From: Azolla caroliniana
Taxonomy: Eukaryota; Plantae; Polypodiophyta
Length of the DNA: 64,000 nucleotides
Direction: 5' to 3'
Assembly (NCBI GenBank): GCA_043228905.1
Contig: JBHGNT010000008.1
Coordinates: 5,208,001 to 5,272,000, forward strand
Made by a program: the position numbers and the translations under genes. A model generated the notes under the pieces. The model did no database searches, was not told the DNA's origin, and worked only from the letters and a program-made list of their open reading frames with translations. Shown in pieces: positions 36,919-48,975 of this stretch (position 1 is the stretch's first letter; every line of letters begins with the position of its first letter).

Positions 36919-37048
36919 TGTTTTGATTTATTACTTTGATGATTTATTGATTCCTTGATCGATTCACTGATGCCTTGATAATTCCTTTCCCTCTCTTTAT
37001 ATAGGTGCTCACATGCATATGATGTATGTGAGGGTGCAAAACATGCAT
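36919..37048 (-). mobile_element. Partial copy of the gypsy-like LTR seen at 23807-24211
   Basis: About 115 bp near-identity (TTCCTTGATCGATTCAC..TTTATATAGGTG..GTGAGGGTGCAA..ACATGCAT) with 23830-23945. Confidence 0.7.
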
Positions 37049-37049
37049 T

Positions 37050-39430
37050 GGTTGAGAGTCATATTGATAAGAAACTACTAAGTAACTTTGCTCTTACTAC
37101 CACCAAGTGGTACATCACAAACATGGCGGATCATATGTGTTGCATTGTTTCGTGTCTCCATCAAACCAAGTTCTTTGGACATTCTCAATTGTCAAAACTA
37201 TTGTCTAAGGCTATTTGTGTGGTTTGATGCATGTGGATCCACAAACCATATGTCATTCAGTCTTCATGGAGTTCGCTTGGTGATTCATCACAAATATGGT
37301 CACATAGTCATCAAGTTTGGATTCAGGAAGCATCATTGGTAAGTTCAAATCCATTTCGGAGTTGATCTTCTTATTCTAGAATTTTCCCTTGATCTTGAAA
37401 AAAAATCCTTGATTCCAACTTCAGGTTAGTTTGGGTGGTTTCTTTTGCCATTGTCACTATGCCTCCTTTCAAAATTTCCTCTTCCTCTTCCATTCTCATG
37501 TCACGAGTAATTTTCCACCACGTGTGTTGTCTACCTCCATAATTTCTTCTTCTCACTCTTCTTCCTCCTTCACATCCACATTCAAATGTGGATCCTTCAT
37601 CCCCTTGTGAGAATAGAATTTGGCTATCCACACCAAGATTGTTTATATCCCCATTGTGGTTTTCTTTCACCAATAAGATCAATTTTAGATCAATTCAGGA
37701 GATGACTCGTCTAGTTGGATTACATTACATCAAGGACTTGGGTCCAATTGAAGAAGGATGAAATTTTCTCTAGTGAAGATGGTTATCCTCAATGCTCAAA
37801 CTTACCAAATCAAGTGCTTCACAAAGAATACTTGATTTTGAGCGTATGGTCATTGAGACTCATCCATCTTCGTTGAAGCGAGTTCAACTCTTGTTAGAGT
37901 TGAAACTTTCGTATAGTGGTGCTGATGACGAAGGCCTTTTATAGGTTCTCCCAAGCTTCCTTAGGTTTCTTTGCATCATGAACATAGGTGAGCATATAGT
38001 TATGTATGCAAGTTTCTAGACAATAATTTATTCGATTTGCTCTTTGTTATGGTGTTGGATAGTGGGGATCCCCCTTCATTTCTTCCCTATGCTTGTATAT
38101 GAACTTGCTTATGACTCTAACAACAAATGCAATGTCAATATAGAATGTTAATGTATGTGATAGTCTACTAGGGTTCAGATGCAATGCAAGGTACAAGGAA
38201 CACACCATGATGGGCACTGGTTTTGTAACAAAAACAAGTACGTGGTATTCTAGTAGACAATGTGTTGTGGCAAGCATTGTGGCCCCTTGATGATATGTCG
38301 AACACTAATAAACACAAAGTGATGTGTATGTATGTGGCCTCTTGATGATTTGTGGAATGCAAATGAACTCAACATCACTGAGTGGATGAATGGCCCCTTA
38401 ACAGAATATGACCACAACATGGTTGAGACGTGACAATGTAGAAGCATTGGGAAGCAATGAAGGGGGATCCCAACTATATAGTTCATGGTAATAAAGGAGT
38501 AAATTGAATAATTTATTGCCTTTGTTACCATGAAATGCTTATCGACGATGGATAAGTATGGCGCTTTTTGCATCAATTCTTGTTGAGTGGACTTTGGGAA
38601 GTCCGCATTGTGCAATGTCAAGTAGTCTAGCATCAATGTACTAAGACCTTTGGGCCAACCCATGTGGAAGTATTGTGCAAGCACCTTGGAGAAGCAATCA
38701 TTAATCTTGCGATAAATGGTTCCTATCTCAAATGAGTTGCATACCTAGGATATTCTTGAACCTCATTCCATGTCCTTCATGTTGGATTTCAAGATGACAT
38801 TTTTACGTCAGAATTTGGATGTTCTTGTGGACTTTCTTGTAATCACCATGTCATCCATGTATAAATTGATCAAGATTGGATTTTCATTTGAACACCAGTT
38901 TCTAGACAATTAAAAAACCTCTTTTCTAAACAAATATTGTTTACAACTTCATAAATGAGCCAAACTTCTAGTACCATTGCAAACCAACAAACCATATGAG
39001 CTCTTTTCAGCCGTCAAACCATGTTCTACGTACTGGGTTTGAAAAGCCCAATCGGTTACTCCGTAAAACACCTCTTCCTTGCTATCACCACGAAGAATGT
39101 GGTCTTCATGTACTTTTTCTTAAACTATGTCCTCCATAGTTAGGATTGCAAGCAAGATCATGCACACCAATGTTCACATGTCACATCCACATGGATTTCT
39201 ATCCTCACTCACAACTAGCACTCACATTTTCCTCATTTGATGGTAGCGCTACACATCAATTTACTCGAATATTGCACGACTTGAAACTAAGTGCAACATT
39301 TTCCACATCAAATAGCAACATGCATTTATTTCCCCTCATTAATCGGTGTCCAATTGGTGTGAGGAGAATTGGACTTCTTGTTTCGATAGGGGAGGCGCTC
39401 ACTCGATGTGAACGAAAGCCTGTGTTGTAA
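37050..39430 (-). mobile_element. Highly degraded copia fragments (gag/protease ~37050-37700; RT ~38250-39400)
   Basis: Minus-strand remnants LLVKENH (gag), DIWFVDPHASNH (protease-like) and DFPKS..ELMQKAPYLSIV (RT C-terminal-like). Confidence 0.55.
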
Positions 39431-39919
39431 TGTTTTCTAGGATTCGCAAACTTCTATCACAAGTTTATACAGGATTACTCAAAACTTATTTTGCCTCTCA
39501 CATAACGCACAAAGAAGGATCAATGATTAGTTTGGATTGTTGATGTAGATAGTGTTTTTTTGGATCTCAAGAATGCATTTTTACATCCGCTTCTCCGACA
39601 TTCATCGGACACTGGAAGAGTGCATTTCTATTCAGAGCCATAGAGTTGCGTATGAATTCTCGGCAAGAAGACCCAACATTTTTCAATTCAGGCAGTGAGC
39701 TAGGATGGGCAAGGGAGGGAAGCTCCTAAATCTGGGTGTGTAGGAGCAAGTGAAATGCTAGGGCTCCTAAACGAGGGTGGCCACAATGGCTGATGTCCGA
39801 GCTGCCCAAGTGGAGGCACAAATTACTACACGGGTCAATAACATACATACATACATGCATGCATGCATGCATACATACATAACATATAGACATGCATACA
39901 TACATAGTACGTAGTAGTA

Positions 39920-40345
39920 TACTCGAATGCATTGGCAAACATTCTTTTCATACGAATGCAAACGAATGAGTATGTTATCAAAACATTCTCATGTGTTTTT
40001 TTTAAACACTTTTTACCTTAACTTTCTTACCTTAAAGCTTTTTTATTATCTTACGATAAATAATGAATACAAAAGCATAGTACCTAATATACTGGAATGC
40101 AATGGCAAATATTCTTTTTTCATATGAATGAAAACGCATACGTATGTTATCAAAACATTCGTAAGTTTTTTTTTTAAACCACTTTTTATCTTAACTTTCT
40201 TTCTTACCTAAAAAAAAAAATTAACCTTATAATAAATAATGAGTACAAAAGTATGGTATTTACCATACTTCGAGGGCGTTTACCATACGCGAATGATTGA
40301 AACCTTCTCGAATGCGAATGAGCATATGGTTCCTACTATTAATAC

Positions 40346-40377
<32 letters not shown>

Positions 40378-40592
40378 CCAATGTCCATCCATCTAATTAA
40401 ATGCTAGAGTTGGAGTAGCAGAGAGATTTGAGGATGAATACAAAAGTATGGTATTTACCATACTCGAGCGATTGAAACATTCTCGAATGCGAGAATGCAC
40501 GTATGGTTCATACTATGCATACATATATATGTAGATATATATCCAATGTCCATCCATCTGATGCTAGAGTTGGAGTAGCAGAGATTTGAGGC
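39920..40592. repeat. Imperfect tandem duplications (~170-190 bp units) in the LAP promoter/5' leader, with (ATAC)n and (AT)n tracts
   Basis: GTATGTTATCAAA..CACTTTTTA.CTTAACTTTCTT occurs twice; TACAAAAGTATGGTATTTACCATACT and ATATATCCAATGTCCATCCATCT..ATGCTAGAGTTGGAGTAGCAGAGA..TTTGAGG each occur twice. Confidence 0.8.
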
Positions 40593-40593
40593 C

Positions 40594-43500
40594 ATGGCAG
40601 GAGCTATGGTGATTGCCCGGAGCTCATCCACAACCCTTGCAGCCCGTTGCCCTCTCCCTCTCTTCTGCGGCCCCCTTTTCCTTCAGCCAGCCCTCCTTCC
40701 CTCTTCCCCTGGAAGCAGAAGCAATCACAGTCGGCGAAGCTACCATACCAATGTAGAGTCAAGGCCGATTATCCATCTTCGATCGTATCATCGTGTCGTG
40801 CATCCTTTCAGACCTCGATTCTCTTCGGCTTCGACTTCGGCTTCGGCTTCTTTCTCCTCCTTGGGCTTGACTAATCCTACCGAGTCTCTCCTCCCACAGG
40901 TGTGTATATTAACAATGTCGAAGCTTTAGGTATTAAATCTTTTGCATACATCTGTAGTTATATGTGTTGTTATTTTACTACATTTTGTCGGGGAAGAAAC
41001 CTGTTGGTAACCCAGGCGGCACAGTCTCTTATCCCACTTATGTATATCAACAAAGCTGAACATTTTGTCGATATACATTTCATGTCTCTCTATATTGTTT
41101 GTTTATCCTTGTTTGTGGAAGATACACATCCTTAATCAGTGACGAAGCATCTCATCATGGTTTCTGGACAAAAAGCTATAGAACCTTTTTTTGTGAATTT
41201 GAAAACAAATCCAAGCAGAAAACATTTCCTGTCATCATACAAGTTCATCAATCAATGGGGATATTTCTTCAAATATTGCATATTTAAATTTACGACGGGA
41301 ACTTGAATTTTCATCTAATACTGTCCCATACATATATAACAAGAATCCTTAGATGAATTCTTGTGAAAATAAATGGCATGTCAATGTTCCTCAGTATTTT
41401 GTTTAAGGATATGTATATAGATTCATGTAATCTTTCGATTAAAAGAGCACAACTTTCTGGCTCCTCTTCATTTCATGGAATTATGGAAGAACAAAGTAGT
41501 ATCACAATCATGGCGGTTCGGCCCACTTTGTTTTCTTTATTCCTATTTTCTTTTGTCTAGTTATCCTATTTTCTTTCTATCAAACTGTGCATTTCCAAAT
41601 TTTTAAGAATATCGTTCATGATGTGGCTATGCCAGATTGTGATTTCAACTTCTGATATTGATGTTACCGAATGGAAAGGAGATATTTTAGCTGTTGGATT
41701 GTCATCTTCGGACTTGGAGAAAGATGAAAGTGGTGTTTTTAAAAATGAGAAGTTGAGAAAGCTCGATGAGTTTTTGAAAGGCATTCTCGGGGCAGTCATA
41801 GCAGAAGAGGATTTTAAGGGGAAACCTGGTCAATCTACTTCTGTAAGGTTACCCGGATTTGGTTTCAAAAGAATTGGATTAGTGGGTATTGAGGCATCGG
41901 GATCAACATCTTCGTCGAAATGGAAGGCAGTCGGAGAGTCAATAGCAGCTATGGCTAAGACAGTGCAAGCCAGCACCTTGGCTGTTACCCTCGCCAGCTC
42001 ACAAGATTTGGTAGAAGAATCCCTACAAGGAAGAGCACGATCCATTGCCATAGGTATCATTCTCTTTTATTCCCTTTCAATGAAGAGTAATGAATTTATG
42101 TCATTCATGGCTGTGAAATTAGTTAAATCATGTTTGTTGGTCTACCTTACAGGTGCAATTCTTGGTTCGCATGAAGATTTCAGATTCAAAGCTGAGAAAA
42201 AGGTTTCATCCCTCAAGAGTTTGGAACTTATAGGCTTTGGAAATGAAACAGAATTGCATGAAAAACTTCAAATTGCCGAGAAAATATCTCAAGGAATAAT
42301 ATTTTCAAAGGAACTAGTAAATGCACCACCAAATGTGCTGACACCGAGTATGTTGGCTTATCATTTCTGTAAAATTTTCATAATAGGCCGGAATCATTTT
42401 TTATAGCTTCTTTACTTTTCTATAAAGAAATGTCCTAAACGTTAAAGTTATTCCATATAAATGTACAGATGCTCTTGCAGAAGAGGCATTACATTTGGGA
42501 ACCAGCTTTGGGGATGTCTTGACTATAAAAATTCTTGATGAGGAAAAATGCAAAGAGTTGAAGATGGGAGCATATCTAGGAGTTGCTGCTGCATCCACTA
42601 ACCCCCCAAAATTCATTCATATACAGTATAAGCCTCCAAGGGGTGAGACGAAAATCAAGCTGGCAATTGTGGGAAAAGGATTGACATTTGACAGGTAATT
42701 GTTGTAATGCAACTAATGTGCATCATTGAAATCAATACACATACATAACTCATGTGTGAAAGAGGGCGTGGATACTCGTTGCAACCCATGTAACTACAGT
42801 TATAGGTGACAGCAGACAGTAATGGAATAGGGCAGGATGCCTTAAAAATGGACAACCCATATGGACTGCTAGTAAAAACATGCCATTATGCCCTTTTGGG
42901 CTACTCTATGATCATTTTTAGGTTTCTTTGGTATGGGATTCTTGAAACTGTATTTTTGAGCAGATTCTCTCCGATCCACCTAAAGCTGCATATGTCAGTC
43001 AATTTGTCACCAGGGACCTCTAGCATGAAAAGGATAGATCATGTAAACACTGCACCTGTATATATGGAAATTCCTGTACTCCATCTTGTCCTATCTGAAA
43101 GTGAAGTTAGGTGCTGATCTCCTGGTCCACTAGACTGTTTTATTAAAGATCACAATTTCTGTCTTTCTAATGTTCAGCCTCAGCCTTCGACTTTGAAGAT
43201 CTAAACCCTGTTATGTATTTGTGAATTTTGCCAAAACTTTATTTTCCCTTTGTTTCCATTTCACACAGAGCAAATGATTACACATAGCGTTAACAATTGA
43301 ATGCTGTCTATGTGAAGCTAATCCACTCAAATATTTCTTTTTACTCTGCCAGTGGTGTATAAGTCCTTGCACAGATCAAGCCAAATTTGAAACATATTTC
43401 CATGCCTTCAGATTATGCATATGTTTTGCCCAAAATTGAAGCCATGATAAAAATGAGAACATGAATTGAGCACATATATTAATGGATATTTGTAGTGATC

Positions 43501-45977
43501 AAATTTTTACAAATGGTTCTTTGTGCTGTTTCCAGTGGAGGCTATAATCTGAAAACTGGGCCAGGCTCAATGATTGAACTCATGAAGTTTGACATGGGAG
43601 GTGCAGCAGCTACTTTAGGTGCTGCAAAAGCAATTGCAGCAGTGCGTCCTCTTGGTGTGGAGGCAAGTGTTTAATCATTATAATAAATAGCTGTTCTTTT
43701 TAATTTGTCGTTTTCATTTTTTATTCGCATTTTCGATTGTAATAAGGTTTTTTAATTCTTTCATTTTCTTGTTTTTTCATTATGGACTCTAAATCTCATA
43801 GGTCATTATGGTCTTTTGGATACATAAACAGCTGTAAACTCTATATAGATGTCATAGGCAATTATGCGTTTTTAGGGATATTAATATATCTTTCTTTTTG
43901 ATACATCCTGTTCAACAGGTCCATTTCATTGTTGCTGCTTGTGAAAATATGGTAAGTGGTGCAGGGATGAGACCTGGAGATATATTGACAGCTTCAAATG
44001 GTAAAACCATCGAGGTATGCATTTGAATGATTGCAATAATTCTATTGTGCTGATAAAACAGATTCTGATTCTTAACAGTCCATTCCAACCTAGGTTAATA
44101 ATACAGATGCTGAAGGCAGACTCACACTAGCTGATGCCCTGGTTTACTCCTGCAAGCAAGATGTCCACAAGGTTTGTTGATGAATCATCTCTTTCTCTTT
44201 AAATATCTAAATCCTACTTTTTAGCCGCTGTGGAGTCTGTAGAATGTCGATGTGTTTGCTTGAGTATTTTTTTGAATGCAGGATCTTGCAACCATAATCA
44301 ATCTCAGTTGCTTTGGAAGTATCTGCTAATCATAATCAATCTCAATTGCTCTGAGATTTTCTTATGAATACAGGATCTTTAAAGTCATAATCAATATCAG
44401 TTGCAGGGTCTTACTTCGGCATGTAATAAAGAACTCCAAATTTGTATTATTGGCAGATTGTAGATCTAGCAACTCTAACTGGTGCCTGCATTATTGCGCT
44501 TGGCAACAATATAGGAGGTATATATCTGTTCTTTACATCCAAATGTTATGCATCTATGTTTGCGTGCATTGCTGCATTTGGCAACAATATAGGAGGTATA
44601 TCTTTATCTGCTCTTTATATCCAAATATTATATTCAAATTCAAATTCAATGGTGTTTCCAAATTTCTGCTAGAGGCATAGATGACTGCAACTATTGCAGA
44701 CGTCTATTAATATATAATGTTGGATTCCAATGAGCCTTTGCAGTGTCCTGTTGACATTTGATCGGGAACATGCTCCATTCCAGGACAGAGCTTCCATTTT
44801 GGTTTGAATGCCCCAAATCACAAGTTCTTTCATTGATATTTGATATTAGTAAGAGATGGAAAGTATACCATCCAGATTTATTCTTGAATTTCATGATATA
44901 CAGATTAATGCATATCTTTTGCAAGTGTCAAAACATCTGCACTGTGTATGTTGCATAGCAATGAAGAAAAATGCAAACTATTATGATAACTTTTTTCAAT
45001 AAAAAAATGTAGCTGTCAAACACTTGTACCACGTGTACCCCCCAAAAGTAGTGTATCAGCTATAAATAAATCTGCTTTACCCAAAACACAAGAACAATAG
45101 ATGCTATGCCTTTCTTTCCCCCCACCCATGTATTAATTAGAGTTACTGTTTCAGGTGCAATGCATTGAATTTTATTTTGTGATTTCATTTTAAAGGTCTT
45201 TTCACTCCAAGCGACGAGTTGGCAAATGAGCTTACAGAAGCATGTGAAAAGGCAGGAGAAAAGCTATGGAGATTGCCAATGGAGGAAGAGTACTGGGAGA
45301 CGATGAAATCTGGTATTGCTGATATGGTGAACACTGGTGGTCGTGCTGCTGGGTCTATTACTGCATCTCTGTTTCTAAAGCAGGTATGTTATTCTTCAAA
45401 GCGCATTGCTATGAAGTGTGTATATTGGGTTTTCGAGTGCAAGAATTGTACGTTCTCTTTGACATGTTATTTTGTATTGATGTTTCTTTCTACATTATAC
45501 CTTTATGTTGCTCATTGAGATGGTGGATACATCAAAAGCTTTCGGAATCGATATTCATTAGATCTTTGGAATGTCTGTTTATGTTTGTATAGTTAATTTG
45601 ACTTCTATGAAATTTCTGTTTATGTTCGTAATGTATTTTAATGAAGATCAAGAGAAGAACATCTCATCTGCCATGAACAAGGCATCAATCGTTGTGATAT
45701 TTTCCTTTTTCATTTGTATGGTGTATTTTTAACATATCTTGGCTTCATTTTCCTGTTCCTAATTTTGTATAGTTCACTTTTCCCTCAATGTTGAACATGA
45801 TTTATTGTAAAATATGTTTATATCTAAATCATTATATTTTATGGGCAGTTTGTGGATGAAAACATACAATGGGCCCACCTTGATATAGCTGGTCCTGTAT
45901 GGAGTGAAAAGAAAAAAGGAGCAACAGGATTTGCAGTTGGTACACTTGTTGAATGGGTGCTGAAACATTCAACGTAG
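40594..45977 (+). CDS. LAP: Leucine aminopeptidase (peptidase M17 family), organelle-targeted precursor, 10 exons, 607 aa
   Basis: Exons 40594-40899, 41636-42053, 42153-42347, 42469-42694, 43536-43662, 43919-44014, 44094-44171, 44457-44517, 45196-45383 and 45849-45977 sum to 1824 nt in frame. M17 motifs [36 protein letters not shown] and WAHLDIAG. Ser/Arg-rich N-terminal transit-peptide-like region. Confidence 0.96.
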
Positions 45978-48975
45978 AGAAACCTTTGTTTGGTTGCATT
46001 GCATCTACCCATTGAGGAACGGTTCAGCACTTGAAAGCAGAAAACATGCTACTAATTATCCAATGTTTTCTGCATAATTTTTGTCTTTTCATGAAGAGAC
46101 CAATTCTCATCAGACACATAAAAAGTCAAGTCAATGGAGGGGCTACTTCATCGATAATCGATAGCTTCTTGATGTATATTGACTTTAACCTGAACTGCTA
46201 ATGTCGGAAGGTGTATGTATCATCACCTCCCATTGTAAGAGGTGGTCTCTTTCTTTTCTTTTGAAAAGAGACTATATATCTACCCCATATGTCTAAACCT
46301 TCAAAATAAAACTACTGAAAAGTTAGAATTGATTAAAAAAATTGTGATTAGTAAAGTTCTTGTGATTTCTCATTTTTCAAAGTCAGGTTTTGATGTTATT
46401 CTAAGAAATGAGTAATACGATTGCTGGCAAGTAATAAACTTTAGAAATTACTCAGTAATACCCTATGAGTGGCCCTAATACTTTCTGTTTCCTGAACACC
46501 CTTGGTCAACCCATAACAAAGAGATGAGGAGATGAATTGATTTTAGAAATTACACCTGGAAAGTAGCCCTGAATTTCATTATTTCAACACCCATCATGAC
46601 AAAAAGAGAGAGAAGGGGATCAATCGACCAGATAATCTCCAAAATCACATAATCGCTCTTTTGGAGGTTGACAAAGGGCAAATGGAAAAAACAAAGAAAG
46701 AATTCAGTGATCTTTCAATTTTGTTTCCTGTAGTTGAGAATGAAAAGTTCTTATTAAAAGACAAGGCTTTCAATGGTGGTTTTGGATACATAGGCTGAGT
46801 CTCTCCATTACACTTTCGGAATGCATTACAAATTCAAGTGACATCTTTGGTTTATCCACTTGGGTTAATGTCATCCTTATTTATCGACATATTTATTACT
46901 CTTCTATGTCCACAAAATGTAGGTACCAAGTTTGACAGAGTAACTAATGATAAGAAAACATAGTGTTCAAAATTTGTACAAACGAGCAGTGCCCATAAAT
47001 CTTGGCACTAGTTAAAAAAGGAATTTGGTAATTGGTCTTCTAATTAGAAAGTGCATATATCTGAAATTGTCAAATCAATAGATTACATGCATCATTTGGT
47101 AATGTTGTTTCAACTAAAGCTAGGCATATCCCAGCAGCTCTGATTAGATGCTAAATGAATAGAAAACAGTATTGATCAATTTAAGCTAGTATATTATCCT
47201 TAATTATGATTACCATGCTAATTAAGTCTACAATCTAATTGATTATGGTTTTCAAGCGTACAGATGTAATTCTGAACATAACCAAAGATTCTATATATTT
47301 TAATACACGAATTTTAGTAATTCCCTTTTTGCTGCTGGTAGAAATACATATCTTCTACATATTACAAATTTCTTTTATGACCTGTCAAACCTGTCCACAA
47401 TGAAAGCAATGTAAGTTCGATTATGTGGCAGCCTTCTTTGAAAGATTCAAACTGGAGGAGACATAACCTTGAATACAAGTGATTCCTTTGTCTACCACTC
47501 ACTGCATTCAAGATGCTGATAAAATACTCTACCTGACCCAATCCAAAGCCTGTATAAATAGCTGGGACCTTAAAATTTAGCATTATGAACCACTTATCAA
47601 GGGGAAAAAATGACGTAAAGGTAAAGCCTGACTTAATGATATGCCAATGAAATACTCCCTGACCCACTCCAAATCTTGTACATTCATTGACCAGGTGAAT
47701 AAGCCCGACTATAAGCATTCCATATTTTGCTTCGACTTCAGCACATTACTAGATGGGAAGAGGCTGTTGCCCAATTGCAAAATTTAAATAAATGCATGAC
47801 GTTTGAATCAAAACCTAGAACAATCAAGGCATAGGACATTTGAAACTCTGACCATGGCCTTGATGGTTATCGCATAGACCAATCACTATTCTTAATAAAA
47901 ATTGCGCACAAATTCCATAAATAATAGGATATGTCGAGATTTTACACTCATTAGAAGCTAGATATTTGATCTCAATGTGAACTTTGAATCTACATAGCAT
48001 GGAGGCATTGTCTTTCCAAAAGATGATAGAGAGAGTGGCACATGAAATCAGAATATCCCAAATTTTAGCCGTTCCGGGCTATCACCTTTAGTTTTCTCAT
48101 AATCAAAGTTGTCAAGCATAATGCTAGTTAATCCTATTATTTCTAGTTCTTCTTGAACTATTAGTTGGATACTATTAGCCCTTTACAAAGATTAATGAAA
48201 AACTACTTTACAAAGATTCTTCATACAACAGCTCCTTTCAGCTGTGCACGTTCTCAATGCTGTTATGCATCCAATGAATGAACAGCAGCACAGCACCTTG
48301 CATCACCAGAAATTTGGCCTTCGTTTCCTTGAACAACCTTGGTTTGAGATCCTGTAATTTCAAATATGTAGAAGCATTTAAATAGAATATACAATGTGTT
48401 TACATTTGACAAGTAGTTAACATGCAATTAGTTAGAATCCATGCAGTTTTATGTTCAAGGATAATCTCATCTTCCAAACTTTGACACAGCTATCTCAATC
48501 TCATAAAACGTTGCTGTTAGTATGAGTATGACCCATTATAAAAGAGTGACGATTTAATTTTAATAGGGTGTGTGGCAATCTACATGCATCTGGGAGGATT
48601 CAACCATGTGCATGCATGTGTTGACCCATGGATACATTTGGCCTCTTGAGGTTTCAGAAATAACTTACAACCACTAAAACAGAATGATGATCACTACATG
48701 TAAACAACTTGAACACAAAAGCATAGAGCAAACAAAATCTAGAAAATAAATTGAGTGCAAAACAAATGAAACTGTCATCTAATCATATATGTGGCATACC
48801 CAGGCACAAATTTACGTGAACATACTAGAGTCAGGTGAATCCTTATTAGTGATTTAAGATTGCATATTGGATTGCTCAAAACAAAGCCAGAAAAGCAAAC
48901 TTGTCTATGTTCAGGTTATAACACTCGTATAGTCTGAAATGAGGCCACTTCAAGCACAATGTAATGAGGCCACTT

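Noticed and set aside
47362-47718. 118-aa minus-strand ORF between the convergent genes
   Set aside because: No recognisable motif or supported splice structure; probably UTR or intergenic.
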